59,625 nt of DNA, filler included, from 7 parts of 7 records of this genome joined end to end with filler, not necessarily neighbours in it; one strand, 5' to 3'; numbered from the whole stretch's first letter, positions 43,994 through 53,723 are shown. Notes: a model not told the origin generated them from the letters alone. Translations and numbers: made by a program.

Positions 43994-45184
43994 TTATCCT
44001 CGATAAACTCGTCGGAGCCACCATGCACCGCAAACGAGCAAGACAAGGTTTCCTAGCCAAACCGAAATTGGCGGCCAGGACCCATCTTTGGCGTGGTTCA
44101 GTCCAACGGCAAAGACGGGGAAAAATACTAGCAGGATAGGCAAAAAGCAAACGCCAAAGCTAGTCCAATGATCCGCTGAACGCATCCATATCGCTAGCGG
44201 TATGCCAACCCAAACAAAGAACAGGCAATTAAATCCAGATGCCCATCTTCGCCAGGGTTCTATCGAGATCCGCGTGATTTGATGTCGACCCGCAAGGATC
44301 GCATCAACGGAGACCAGCGTGCGTGACGATTCGAGCCGATGCAGTTTTCCAGTCGCCAGGCCCATTGCTACTTGAGCGGCCAATGTCTCCTGGCTGAGTT
44401 CGATCTTCTCTTGCTGCTTGCGTATTTCGTAGCCAATCTGGCGGAGTTCAAAGTTTGTTGCTCGACCTGACGCGGTGCCTTTCTTGGCTGCGTCAGAGAG
44501 GCTGACTTCGTGAATGTGTACATCGGGACGCTGACCCTGCATGTCGCCAGACACAAACAGACTGTCCACTAGTTCAATTCTGAGCACTTCACGATCAGGG
44601 TCCATCTGAATGCGAGCGCTCTTGGCGGTGATCTCAAGTGGCGGGCCGGAATCCCGTGGAAGTGTGATTGTTGGGCTGAGTAGCTCGCGGCCATCTTCAC
44701 CAATCCCGTGAACGTGGATCGAAAACCCACGCTCGGACGTGTACGAGTCTTCGCTTTCCAGAATTCCGTAAACAACTTGCTCGATCGAATGCATAACAAC
44801 ACGGTGCATTCCGGGGCGTCCCCATGACAGAGCGAGATCGTTGAGCCAGACTGAAAGCAAACTAAGCAGCAAGCCCGCGAAGAGGACGGGTTTGATGATT
44901 GCCATTGGCGACACACCGGCTGCGGTAATCGATAGCACTTCGTTGTCAGCACTGATCCGGCCGTAGACACTGCACACCGAGAACAGCAACGTGGCAGGCA
45001 TCGAGAACTGCAGCGATTCTGGAATGACGTACGGCAACATCTCCAGGATTGCAAGCAAACCAAGGCTCTGAGTTAGGCTCTGTTTGGCGAGCAAGAAAAG
45101 CACGATCACGGCAGTAAACGCCGTCAAAGCCATCAGAAACAGCTTCGTGATTTCCCAAAGTATGTATAGATTGAACCGCTGCAT
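43994..45184 (-). CDS. LptF/LptG family LPS export permease
   Basis: 3+3 TM layout, YGRISADNEV...AAGVSP, periplasmic domain, WLGNLV near the C-terminus. Confidence 0.88.
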   Translation of the reverse strand: MQRFNLYILWEITKLFLMALTAFTAVIVLFLLAKQSLTQSLGLLAILEMLPYVIPESLQFSMPATLLFSVCSVYGRISADNEVLSITAAGVSPMAIIKPVLFAGLLLSLLSVWLNDLALSWGRPGMHRVVMHSIEQVVYGILESEDSYTSERGFSIHVHGIGEDGRELLSPTITLPRDSGPPLEITAKSARIQMDPDREVLRIELVDSLFVSGDMQGQRPDVHIHEVSLSDAAKKGTASGRATNFELRQIGYEIRKQQEKIELSQETLAAQVAMGLATGKLHRLESSRTLVSVDAILAGRHQITRISIEPWRRWASGFNCLFFVWVGIPLAIWMRSADHWTSFGVCFLPILLVFFPVFAVGLNHAKDGSWPPISVWLGNLVLLVCGAWWLRRVYRG

Positions 45185-45317
45185 CGCTGGAGTCTAGCAA
45201 CTCACGGCGGTGGTTCCTATGTCGATCGCCAGCGACGGAAATTGGCGATCGAAATTGGCGTGGGAAAGTCAGCGCGGGAGATATGCTGGCAGCGGCTTTT
45301 GCAATCACAACGATGCG

Positions 45318-46628
45318 TTAGAGGTCGACCGCTGAGTCGCTGGCTTCGTCACTGCGCTGACGGCGGATCTGCCCCATCAGATCAATGATGACTCGACCAA
45401 GTGTGGCGATTGCTTGCTTTTTCTTGCCTGCTTCCATTGCTTTGCTGGCAATGTCGAACTGGTCATCAAGAGACGCCCATTCCACTGTCCAACCACGTTC
45501 CTTGGCAGCTTCGCGGAGTGATTTCATCGTTCCGGACATATGATCGAAGAGCGATTTCGAAGCGGTTGCCTTGTAGTGTCGGTACGGCCCATTGCCATAG
45601 CGTTCTGAACCGCTGGCGGACCTCGAACCCATCACCATTTGAGCAACACCTGTCGCCAGGGCAACAACGCCCAAGATCGATGCAACAATCCCAAGCGGGC
45701 CATTGCCAAGAAGGAACAAAGCAACGCCTGCGATCAAGCACACCGCGGCGACAATGCCCAGCGCCGGAGAGAAGCGTCCGGTGCGATTTGTTTTTCGAGT
45801 CGAAATGGCCGCCTCTTTGTCGACCGCGCTTGCCGACTCCTTGGCATGAACGATAACTGCAGTGATGTTATCAGGACCGCCACGAAGGTTGGACAGATCA
45901 ATCATCAACTGCCCAGCTTCCTGAGGCGGCAGCGATGCCATAATGACTGCAATCTCTTCGTCAGTGATTTGACCACTTAATCCATCGGAGCACACCAGGA
46001 AACGATCGCCCGCTTTGACCGGAAATGGGCCTTCAATATCTACTTGCACGTTCGCGTTGGGGCCCAAGGAACGCGTGATCACGTTCTTCGGGATTGCGCC
46101 GCTTGCGGCCGATTCATCGGATAGTTCGCCCGCAGCCTTCATCTCCCAAACCAGTGAATGATCGAAGGTGAGCTGATACAGCGAGTCGCCGCGAAGCTGG
46201 TAAACACGGCTGTCACCGACGTGAGCAACAACGGCGCCCTCGGGCAGAAGAGCAAGCGTGCTGCAGGTGGTGCCCATCGAACGGAATTCAATGTTCGCCT
46301 GGCCGCGTCGGAAGATCTCGGCGTTGGCTTCCGTTATCGATTTGTGCAGGGCTTCGGCTGGCGCAAGCTCAGCCGACTTGAAATAGTTTTGCGGTATCAG
46401 GTCAATTGCTAGCTTTGATGCTAGTTCGCCAGCCGCATGCGCGCCCATCCCGTCGGCAACAATGAATAGATGGCCAAGTTGCTCCCACCGCGACTTCGAC
46501 TCGGCGATGCTTGCCGAGCACGAGTCCTGGTTGATGGCTCGGCGCATTCCGATATCCGTCAGAACCGCGTAGTCCAGCAGTTGCTTCCACCAAGGCGTTT
46601 TAGCATTGGGTGTTGTCGGATCGGACAA
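45318..46628 (-). CDS. PP2C-family Ser/Thr protein phosphatase with C-terminal membrane hairpin
   Basis: TDIGMRRAINQD, VADGMG, MGTT, HVGDSR, CSDGL, GGPDNIT. Confidence 0.93.
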   Translation of the reverse strand: MSDPTTPNAKTPWWKQLLDYAVLTDIGMRRAINQDSCSASIAESKSRWEQLGHLFIVADGMGAHAAGELASKLAIDLIPQNYFKSAELAPAEALHKSITEANAEIFRRGQANIEFRSMGTTCSTLALLPEGAVVAHVGDSRVYQLRGDSLYQLTFDHSLVWEMKAAGELSDESAASGAIPKNVITRSLGPNANVQVDIEGPFPVKAGDRFLVCSDGLSGQITDEEIAVIMASLPPQEAGQLMIDLSNLRGGPDNITAVIVHAKESASAVDKEAAISTRKTNRTGRFSPALGIVAAVCLIAGVALFLLGNGPLGIVASILGVVALATGVAQMVMGSRSASGSERYGNGPYRHYKATASKSLFDHMSGTMKSLREAAKERGWTVEWASLDDQFDIASKAMEAGKKKQAIATLGRVIIDLMGQIRRQRSDEASDSAVDL

Positions 46629-46842
46629 GGATTCTCTTCTTACACAAATTCTTTGAATGTGAGGGCGAGACAGGATACTTCGGGCAGCTTCACTAGGGCC
46701 GTATCGGGTGTCGCGTGCGATGTTGGCAAGTCAAAATTGCGGAAGTGCCCATACATCAGTTCCGTATTGTACTTATCTACATTCTGCTCTGTAGCTTGCA
46801 TAAGGGGCCATTTTGCCAGATTCCTCAGTAAATTTGCTCCCC

Positions 46843-46872
46843 GCCTGCCGCGACCCAGCCTGCCGCGACCCA
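46843..46872. repeat. 15-bp tandem repeat cut by the contig end
   Basis: gcctgccgcgaccca twice, ending exactly at the gap. Confidence 0.85.
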
Positions 46873-46972
46873 NNNNNNNNNNNNNNNNNNNNNNNNNNNN
46901 NNNNNNNNNNNNNNNNTTAATTAATTAANNNNNNNNNNNNNNNNNNNNNNNNNNNNNNNNNNNNNNNNNNNN
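46873..46972. other. Artificial contig linker
   Basis: N-run / TTAATTAATTAA / N-run, 100 nt. Confidence 0.99.
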
Positions 46973-47199
46973 AACTGACAGAAGTAGGGCGCCCCGTTAT
47001 GCAGTTTGGCCAATTCATGTTCGCCACCACCCATATCGATGTCGAGTGTACCGTCAAACAAGGGAACAATCACGTAGTCATACTCGTGGCGATGCCACCC
47101 GGTGTTGTCGCCGCGTTTTGCGAAGCGCCATTCCGTTGCTTTCACCCGATCATTCTCGATCAAGACCGTCGAGGTCGCCGTTCCCTCCGTAGCGCACAT
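46973..47199 (-). CDS. Small cupin, BauB-like; 3'-truncated
   Basis: ENDRVKATEWRF...TGWHRHEYDYVIVPL, the pattern I recall for beta-alanine-degradation BauB cupins. Confidence 0.8.
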
Positions 47200-47236
47200 A
47201 ACTTGAACCTTTCGTTTTGGGGTTGCGTTGTCGCGA

Positions 47237-48631
47237 TTACTCCGGCTGCGTCCGAAAGTGATAGGATTTCAACCGTGTTAAATGCTCATAAGCATGGATC
47301 GAAAGCGAACAGCCGCGCCCGGTATCTTTGACTCCGGTCCAAGCCAGCCCCGGGTCAAGATAATCGCAGCGATTGGCAAAGCAAGTGCCAGTATCCAGCT
47401 GTGCCGATATTGCTTCGGCAGCTGTCATATCTTCTGTCCAGATAGAGGCGGTCAGGCCAAAGTCGCTGTCATTCATCAGCTCCACGGCTTGCGCGTCATT
47501 GTCGACCGCCATGATGCCAATCACGGGGCCAAAGCTTTCCTCGGTCATCACCCGCATATCATGGGTAACATCGACTAGGACCTGCGGTGCCAGATAGGGC
47601 GTTCCAGGCTTGTTTTCTGGGAAATGCGCCGGATCGATTAGTGAACGCGCCCCGTCCGCCACCGCGTCGTCGATCTGCCCGCGCACAAAATCGGCTGCCC
47701 CGGTCTTGACCACTGGACCAAGAGTAGCCTTCGGGTCCGTCGGATCCCCCAAGCGATAGGCGCTCACCACCTCAACCACCTTGTCCAAGAAGGGCCTATA
47801 GACATCTTTGTGCACATAAATCCGCTCGATGCCGCAGCAGGATTGACCCGAGTTGAAAAACGCTCCATCCACCAGGGATTCCGCCGCAAAATCAACATTC
47901 GCATCGGCCCGTACATAGGCGGGATCCTTGCCTCCCAATTCCAGATCGATGCCTGAGAAGTTCACTGCATTGGCCTGTTGTAGATATCGCCCAACCCCGA
48001 CTGAGCCGGTAAAGACGATGTGGTCGTGGTGCCCCTCGCCGATCAATGTGGCAGTGTCGTCATTGGTTGGCAAAACCAATTGGAACACGCCTTCGGGCAG
48101 ACCGGCGGCAGCAAAGGCCTCGGTAAAACGTTCTCCGCAAACTAGCGTCTGAGCCGAGTGCTTCAATACCACCACGTTACCCGCCGCCAACGAGGGGAAG
48201 ATAGCGTTGGTGGCTGTGAGATAGGGAAAGTTCCACGGCGCGATCACGAATACCGTCCCCAAAGCTTCGCGTCGGATGGTACGAAGCGCCAACCCGTTTT
48301 GCGGTAAGTCGTCCTGCGCCAGCGCCTGTGGCGCGATACCGATCATGTGCCGGGCACGTTCCTCTAACCCGCCAATTTCGCCTGCGCCTTGTGACACGGG
48401 ACGGCCCATTTGCCATGCTAATTCAGGGGCAATATCGGACTTCACAGATACAAAGTGGTCTACAGCTTTGTGTAACAGCGCGCACCGCTCTGCCAGCGGC
48501 ATGGCCGCCCAGTCCATCTGAGCCTGTTTTGCATTACCAAAAATGGTGCGTGCCTGTTCGATAGTGGTGGCCGGGCGTTCGGCATAGACGCTGCCGTCGA
48601 CCGGCGAGATGCATTGGATCTTATTTGACAT
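47237..48631 (-). CDS. Aldehyde dehydrogenase
   Basis: PWNFP, FTGS, LELGGKDP, NSGQSCC, EESFGP. Confidence 0.95.
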   Translation of the reverse strand: MSNKIQCISPVDGSVYAERPATTIEQARTIFGNAKQAQMDWAAMPLAERCALLHKAVDHFVSVKSDIAPELAWQMGRPVSQGAGEIGGLEERARHMIGIAPQALAQDDLPQNGLALRTIRREALGTVFVIAPWNFPYLTATNAIFPSLAAGNVVVLKHSAQTLVCGERFTEAFAAAGLPEGVFQLVLPTNDDTATLIGEGHHDHIVFTGSVGVGRYLQQANAVNFSGIDLELGGKDPAYVRADANVDFAAESLVDGAFFNSGQSCCGIERIYVHKDVYRPFLDKVVEVVSAYRLGDPTDPKATLGPVVKTGAADFVRGQIDDAVADGARSLIDPAHFPENKPGTPYLAPQVLVDVTHDMRVMTEESFGPVIGIMAVDNDAQAVELMNDSDFGLTASIWTEDMTAAEAISAQLDTGTCFANRCDYLDPGLAWTGVKDTGRGCSLSIHAYEHLTRLKSYHFRTQPE

Positions 48632-48681
48632 TCTGATCTCCTGAGGATGCCCGTTGTTAAGATTGAAAAGGCGTAAAGGCC

Positions 48682-50055
48682 TCAGAGCACTTCGAAATAG
48701 CGCCTGAGTTCCCAGTCGGTGACCGCGCGACCGAACTCGCGGGACTCAAAAATCCGAGACGCCGAGAAATGTTCGACAAAGGCTTCCCCGAACAGGTCTT
48801 TAGCTGCCTCTGATGCGCCGAACAGGATGCCCGCGCTTTCTAGGTTGGTGGGCAGTTGCCGGTCCACAGGCACGTTCAGATCATAAGCGTTGCCAATTGC
48901 GGCTTCGCCCGGCTCTAATCCCTGTTCGATCCCCAACAGACCTGAGCCGATCGCCGCCGCCATGGACAAATACGGATTCACATCCGAACCCGGGATCCGG
49001 TATTCCAACCGATGTGATTTTTCCGACCCCGGAATAACCCGAATGCCCACAGTTCGGTTGTCCACGCCCCAAGTGGCCGAAGTTGGGGCCCAATGGCCGG
49101 GCGTTAGGCGCGCATAGCTGTTGATATTGGGGGCGATCATCGCGGCAAACGCACGCAGATGCACCAACTGCCCGCCAAGGAAATGGCGCATGGTCTGGCT
49201 CATCTGATGCTCACCCGCTGGATCGAAAAACATCGGATTGCCATCAAGCGACCACAACGACATGTGCGTATGCCCGCTCTGCCCCGACAGGTGCTGGTTC
49301 CATTTGGCCATGAAGGTCGCCATCAATCCGCGCTTCTGCGCGAGGATCTTCATGAACGCTTTGAAAATAGACGCTTTGTCGGCCATCGCCATCGCACTGT
49401 CCACGGCAATGGCTGTCTCTACCACACCGGGTCCAGTTTCAGCATGCAAGCCTTCCAGTTCGATCCCGATTGAATCGAATGTATTCAAAATATCTTGATA
49501 CAGGTCCTCATGCACAATGGACCGCAATGCAGAATAACTGAAACTTCCGGGACTGAGGGTTGCCAAATCACGGAAGTTCTTTTCTTCCAGACTGTCTGGA
49601 CTTTCCTGAAACATGAAAAACTCAAATTCCATCGCTGTCTTTGCAACAAATCCCATATCTTCTGCGCGTTGAAGAACTCGGCGCAACACCGCGCGCGGGC
49701 AAATTTCTTCGGCCCGACCTGAAAACTCTGACGAGAAAAAAAGTGTTTCATTGTCGAATGGCAAAATCATTCCGCTTTCTGGAATGATGCGAAGGCTGGC
49801 GTCGGGAAACCCAGTATGCCAGCCGGTGAATTTTGAGTTGTCATAGAGTGTGTCTGCGACATCCCAGCCCAAAACGGCATCGCAAAAGCCATAACCATCC
49901 GTCAACGCCGACAAAAATTTTCCCTTTGCTATGAACTTGCCACGGAACACACCATCGATGTCGAAGAAGCCAACCTTGATGTGCTTGGGGTCCTTTTCGG
50001 AGACGAACTGCCGAACGTCGCCGATAGTTTTCAAATTGAGGTGCTGACCCGCCAT
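48682..50055 (-). CDS. Glutamine synthetase-like gamma-glutamyl-amine ligase
   Basis: DIDGVFRGK, EFEF, HAETGPG, ATFMAKW...GQSGHTHMSL, WGVDNRT, RLEYRIPGSDVNPY. Confidence 0.9.
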   Translation of the reverse strand: MAGQHLNLKTIGDVRQFVSEKDPKHIKVGFFDIDGVFRGKFIAKGKFLSALTDGYGFCDAVLGWDVADTLYDNSKFTGWHTGFPDASLRIIPESGMILPFDNETLFFSSEFSGRAEEICPRAVLRRVLQRAEDMGFVAKTAMEFEFFMFQESPDSLEEKNFRDLATLSPGSFSYSALRSIVHEDLYQDILNTFDSIGIELEGLHAETGPGVVETAIAVDSAMAMADKASIFKAFMKILAQKRGLMATFMAKWNQHLSGQSGHTHMSLWSLDGNPMFFDPAGEHQMSQTMRHFLGGQLVHLRAFAAMIAPNINSYARLTPGHWAPTSATWGVDNRTVGIRVIPGSEKSHRLEYRIPGSDVNPYLSMAAAIGSGLLGIEQGLEPGEAAIGNAYDLNVPVDRQLPTNLESAGILFGASEAAKDLFGEAFVEHFSASRIFESREFGRAVTDWELRRYFEVL

Positions 50056-50071
50056 GTTGTGGATCCCTGAG

Positions 50072-50896
50072 TTAAAGGTTGTTGTCTATTACGAAGGCTC
50101 GGAGTGATCGCGCCAACAGGGCCGCCCAAGTCGCAATCTGCTGTTCCGTCCGCAGAAGATCGTTGCGCACTTCGACCATTGTGTATGGAATGCTCCGCAC
50201 TTCAGCCTGAACACGCAGGGTGTGGTCGACAGCATCAAGCGGAGAATAGGGTTGATTGTCTCCGACTTGATAGTCTGTATTGTTGCGGAACCAATTGATC
50301 AGGAACTGTGACATCCGGGACCGCTGGTTGTAGAGAAAGCCGACATGCCAGGGCCGGGTTTCGCCTCGCACTTGGTCGTTGAAGCTGTGCACGGCAACAT
50401 AGGCAAAACGCTCACCCGACCAACGCCGTCTATCTGTCAGCCCACTCAGTGCATCATGAAAAGGACGATAAATTGCCTCCTCCCGTTCATGCTTGTCTGC
50501 ATTACTGAGCGCAGCATTTCCTGAGACATGCGCCCCGTCCGCTTCAACAACGAAGGCTCCGGGATGGCTTGCAGTTCTATTACAATCGAAAACCAGACGT
50601 GAATAGCGTTGCAGGACTGCCGGGCTGTCCAGTTTTTCAGATAGTTTTTCCGTTAGTTGTGCTGCTCCGACATCCCAGGCAATGTGTCGGGTCTGCTCGA
50701 TCTTCGTCAAACCGAGTGTACCGAGAGCTTTCGGGATGCGGTTACCCGCGTGCTCGCATCCGAACACGAAGGAGCCCTTGCCAAACTCGTTGAGCAGTTT
50801 TACGGGAGGGGGATCCACCTTGCCCAACAAAGTGTTGTGCTTGGCGCGAGCCTCTGGCGAACAAAGGTCCCTGCGATGTTGATCAAAGACCAACAT
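50072..50896 (-). CDS. N-formylglutamate amidohydrolase family protein
   Basis: CEHAGNRIP, HIAWDVGA, YSRLVFDCNR, VHSF, GDNQPYS, EVRNDL. Confidence 0.92.
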   Translation of the reverse strand: MLVFDQHRRDLCSPEARAKHNTLLGKVDPPPVKLLNEFGKGSFVFGCEHAGNRIPKALGTLGLTKIEQTRHIAWDVGAAQLTEKLSEKLDSPAVLQRYSRLVFDCNRTASHPGAFVVEADGAHVSGNAALSNADKHEREEAIYRPFHDALSGLTDRRRWSGERFAYVAVHSFNDQVRGETRPWHVGFLYNQRSRMSQFLINWFRNNTDYQVGDNQPYSPLDAVDHTLRVQAEVRSIPYTMVEVRNDLLRTEQQIATWAALLARSLRAFVIDNNL

Positions 50897-52253
50897 CGGC
50901 GAAGACCTCTGCCATCGTCTCTTCGAGGATATCGAACAGCTCGTCGATCTGCTCTACCGTGATAATGAACGGCGGACCGAGCACAATGGCGGCACCCAGT
51001 GGTCGGCAAATCAAACCCTTTTCCAACGCCTTGTTGGCAATCCGTTCGGACACCTGCAGGTCACCTGGAAGCGGTTCCTTGGTCTTTTTGTTGGCAACCA
51101 GTTCCACCGCACCCATCAACCCCACGCCACGCGCCTCACCCGCATATTTGTGCTCGCCCAGCTTGTGCAAACGTTCCATGAAACGTGGGCTGACGCAGTT
51201 CACATTTTCGAGCAGACCTTCTTCTTCCAGCACTTCAAGGGATTTCAGCGCAACCGCGCTCCCCAAAGGGTTGCCCCCGGCGGTAAAACCATGTGGAAAT
51301 TCTTCGGCCTCTTCGGACACGCGGGTCAGTTCTTCGCTCAACTCTTTGCCTAGGATGATGGCACCCATCGGGAAATACCCGGCAGTGATACATTTTGAAG
51401 CGATAATGGCATCGGGTTCCATGTTGTACTTAACGCTGCCCCACATTGCACCGGTGCGACCAAAACCGCAGATGACCTCATCTGCGATCAGCGGGATGCC
51501 GTATTTGCGCAAGATCGGCCGGATCGCCTCAAAATACCCTTCGGACGGCGGGATCACACCACCGGCACCCATCACAGGTTCGGCCCACATACCCGCGATG
51601 GTGTCGGACCCTTCCTTGATGATCAGCTCTTCTAGATTGCGGGCAAGCCGCTCTGAAAACTCCAGCTCGGTTTCACCCTCCAGCCCAAAACGCCAGTAAT
51701 GCGGGCAATCGGTTTGTAGAAACCCTGGCAAAGGCAGGCCGAATTCTTCGTTATATGCCTTGCCAGTCATCGAGGCCGACACCGCAGTCACCCCATGATA
51801 GGCATTCAGCCGCGAGATGATTTTACGCCGTTGCGGCTGCCCGTTGCGTCTATGCAGCATCCACAGCATCTTGACCATCGAGTCATTCGCCTCGGATCCA
51901 GAATTTGTGTAAAATACTTTTCCCTCCTCAAAGGGAGAGACCTCTACCAACTTTTCGGACAAGGCAACGGTTGTGTCAGCAATCCGACCGAAAAACGAGT
52001 GATAGCCAGGGAACCGTTTAGCTTGCTCGCAGATCGTGTCAATCAATCCCTGATGATTAAATCCGGCGACGTTGTTCCAGAGACCAGAGTTCGCATCCAT
52101 GTAGCTTTTACCGTGTACGTCAAATACATGAATGCCTTCACCATGTGTCAAGACAACAGGGCCATTCGAATTAAGCGTACCCAGATCGGAGAAGCCGTGA
52201 AAGACATTGGCCATGTCTCTCTGCTCCCAGGAGTTGGTGTTCTGTTTGTTCAT
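50883..52253 (-). CDS. Class III PLP aminotransferase (omega-amine transaminase)
   Basis: DANSGLW, TNSGSEAN, AYHG, AEPVMGAGG, DEVICGFGRTG, PLP lysine in ASKCIT, HGFT. Start ATG 52253 (MNKQ). Confidence 0.95.
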   Translation of the reverse strand: MNKQNTNSWEQRDMANVFHGFSDLGTLNSNGPVVLTHGEGIHVFDVHGKSYMDANSGLWNNVAGFNHQGLIDTICEQAKRFPGYHSFFGRIADTTVALSEKLVEVSPFEEGKVFYTNSGSEANDSMVKMLWMLHRRNGQPQRRKIISRLNAYHGVTAVSASMTGKAYNEEFGLPLPGFLQTDCPHYWRFGLEGETELEFSERLARNLEELIIKEGSDTIAGMWAEPVMGAGGVIPPSEGYFEAIRPILRKYGIPLIADEVICGFGRTGAMWGSVKYNMEPDAIIASKCITAGYFPMGAIILGKELSEELTRVSEEAEEFPHGFTAGGNPLGSAVALKSLEVLEEEGLLENVNCVSPRFMERLHKLGEHKYAGEARGVGLMGAVELVANKKTKEPLPGDLQVSERIANKALEKGLICRPLGAAIVLGPPFIITVEQIDELFDILEETMAEVFADVGL

Positions 52254-52600
52254 TGTCCGAATCCTATTGTTCTTTGATGATTGCAAAAAACATATCTCTC
52301 GCGTTGGACTTTAGTCAACTCAAAAAACAATAATGTTGGAACGAACCACCCAAGCCACTCAACCAAAGGGGCAAATATTGAATGCTATTTTGCGCGTTTG
52401 AGTGCTCGTAGTTCCAAAATTGAACGCAGGAAATTCCATTGTCGGCGCGTTTGCCATATCTGAGACAAGAAGTATTTTTCAAAAACCAAGGTGCTGTGCA
52501 TGTCGGCATTTGAATCCTCAGAACAGATCTCGATTCAGAGCATAACAATAGTCGGTATTCCGCCCTGCCTGCTTATCACGGCGGTTGCGGAGCGCAGTTA

Positions 52601-52690
52601 GCGGCCATTGGCGCGAGTGAAGCGAATGGCAGGAAGGTCCGCGATGCAGTCATTGGTACATCATGCAGCGAAGGTCGGCATCGACACCTT
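52601..52690. repeat. Two degenerate 45-bp direct-repeat units with internal hairpin potential
   Basis: gcggccattgg...gaagcgaatggcagg at 52601 versus gcagtcattgg...gcagcgaaggtcggc at 52646. Confidence 0.55.
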
Positions 52691-52838
52691 CATGCGAGCT
52701 TTTTTATAAAAGCTCGCATGATACGCAAGATGGAAAACCCAATAAAACATGGGGAAAGTGCAGCATCTCGCAACACGCCACTTCCGTCATGCAAGGTTTA
52801 TGGGTAATATATCCATATAACCTTGCAAGGATTTACCC

Positions 52839-53468
52839 ATGTCGGCCACCTCCGAGCCCGTCTGGAACAAGGGCCGTGTTGTGGGCAAGAAGCCACCCCT
52901 CACGCCTGACCAAGTGGCACTAATCCGGCTGATCCTGCGCCAAGAGCGCGCCTTGCGCGATCTGGCGCTGTTCAACGTGGCCCTCGACACCAGCTTCCGG
53001 GGTTCTGACCTGGTGCGCCTGCGGGTCTCAGACGTAGCCACCCCGGCAGGGGTGCGCGAGATTGTCGAAATCCGGCAGAAGAAAACCGAAGGCCGCAATG
53101 CGCGCCCGGTCCAGGCGCTGCTGTCCTCGGGCACGCGCGACAGCCTGCGGGCCTATCTCTCTGTCTCTGAAAAGCCGCTGCACGGCTGGCTGTTCACGGG
53201 GCAGGGGGAAAGGTGGTCCCATACCCACCTAAGCGAAAGCCAACTTTGGCGGCTGTTCAAGTCCTGGCTGGAAAAAGCGCGCCTCGATCCCAGCGTCTAT
53301 GGCCTGCATTCGCTGCGCCGGACCTTCCCGACGCATATATATCAGCAAACCGGCAACCTACGCGCGGCCCAACTGCTGCTCGGCCATGCCAGTATTGAGA
53401 GCACCAAGGACTACATCGGCACCGAACAGGCCGAAGCCTTGGAAATCGCGCGCAAGTATCATCTCTGA
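52839..53468 (+). CDS. Tyrosine recombinase, catalytic-domain-only type
   Basis: WNKGRVVGKKPPL N-terminus; RGSDL (Arg), QKKT (Lys), HSLRR, LLGH, TKDY (Tyr). Confidence 0.93.
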   Translation: MSATSEPVWNKGRVVGKKPPLTPDQVALIRLILRQERALRDLALFNVALDTSFRGSDLVRLRVSDVATPAGVREIVEIRQKKTEGRNARPVQALLSSGTRDSLRAYLSVSEKPLHGWLFTGQGERWSHTHLSESQLWRLFKSWLEKARLDPSVYGLHSLRRTFPTHIYQQTGNLRAAQLLLGHASIESTKDYIGTEQAEALEIARKYHL

Positions 53469-53471
53469 GCC

Positions 53472-53723
53472 ATGCAGACCTATCTCGAAAAGCGCCAGCC
53501 TGCCAAAAACGTTGCCCGGTTCTACCGGATGTCCGTCATGCCGAACTTGTTTGGCGAATGGACGCTCTACCGCGAATGGGGCCGCATAGGGCAGGGCGGT
53601 CAGGTTCGGATGGATTGGTTCGCGGATGAAAATCAGGCCGTCGCGGCGCTGATCACACTGGAAGCCTCCAAGCGTCAGCGCGGCTACTGGGTGGAGCCTC
53701 AGCAGCTCGCGATGTTTGGATAA
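53472..53723 (+). CDS. Stand-alone WGR domain protein
   Basis: NVARFY, LFGEW...EWGRIG...KRQRGY; starts 3 nt after the recombinase stop. Confidence 0.92.
   Translation: MQTYLEKRQPAKNVARFYRMSVMPNLFGEWTLYREWGRIGQGGQVRMDWFADENQAVAALITLEASKRQRGYWVEPQQLAMFG

Noticed and set aside
50959-51699. 246-aa plus-strand ORF
   Set aside because: Antisense shadow of the transaminase.
52797-52824. XerCD dif site
   Set aside because: The GATATA-TTA centre on the minus strand is suggestive, but the arms do not match CATAA / TTATGTTAAA; kept only as a generic inverted repeat.
52839-53468. Integron integrase IntI or protelomerase
   Set aside because: Too short; lacks the IntI-specific insertion and N-terminal domain, and is far smaller than telomere resolvases.
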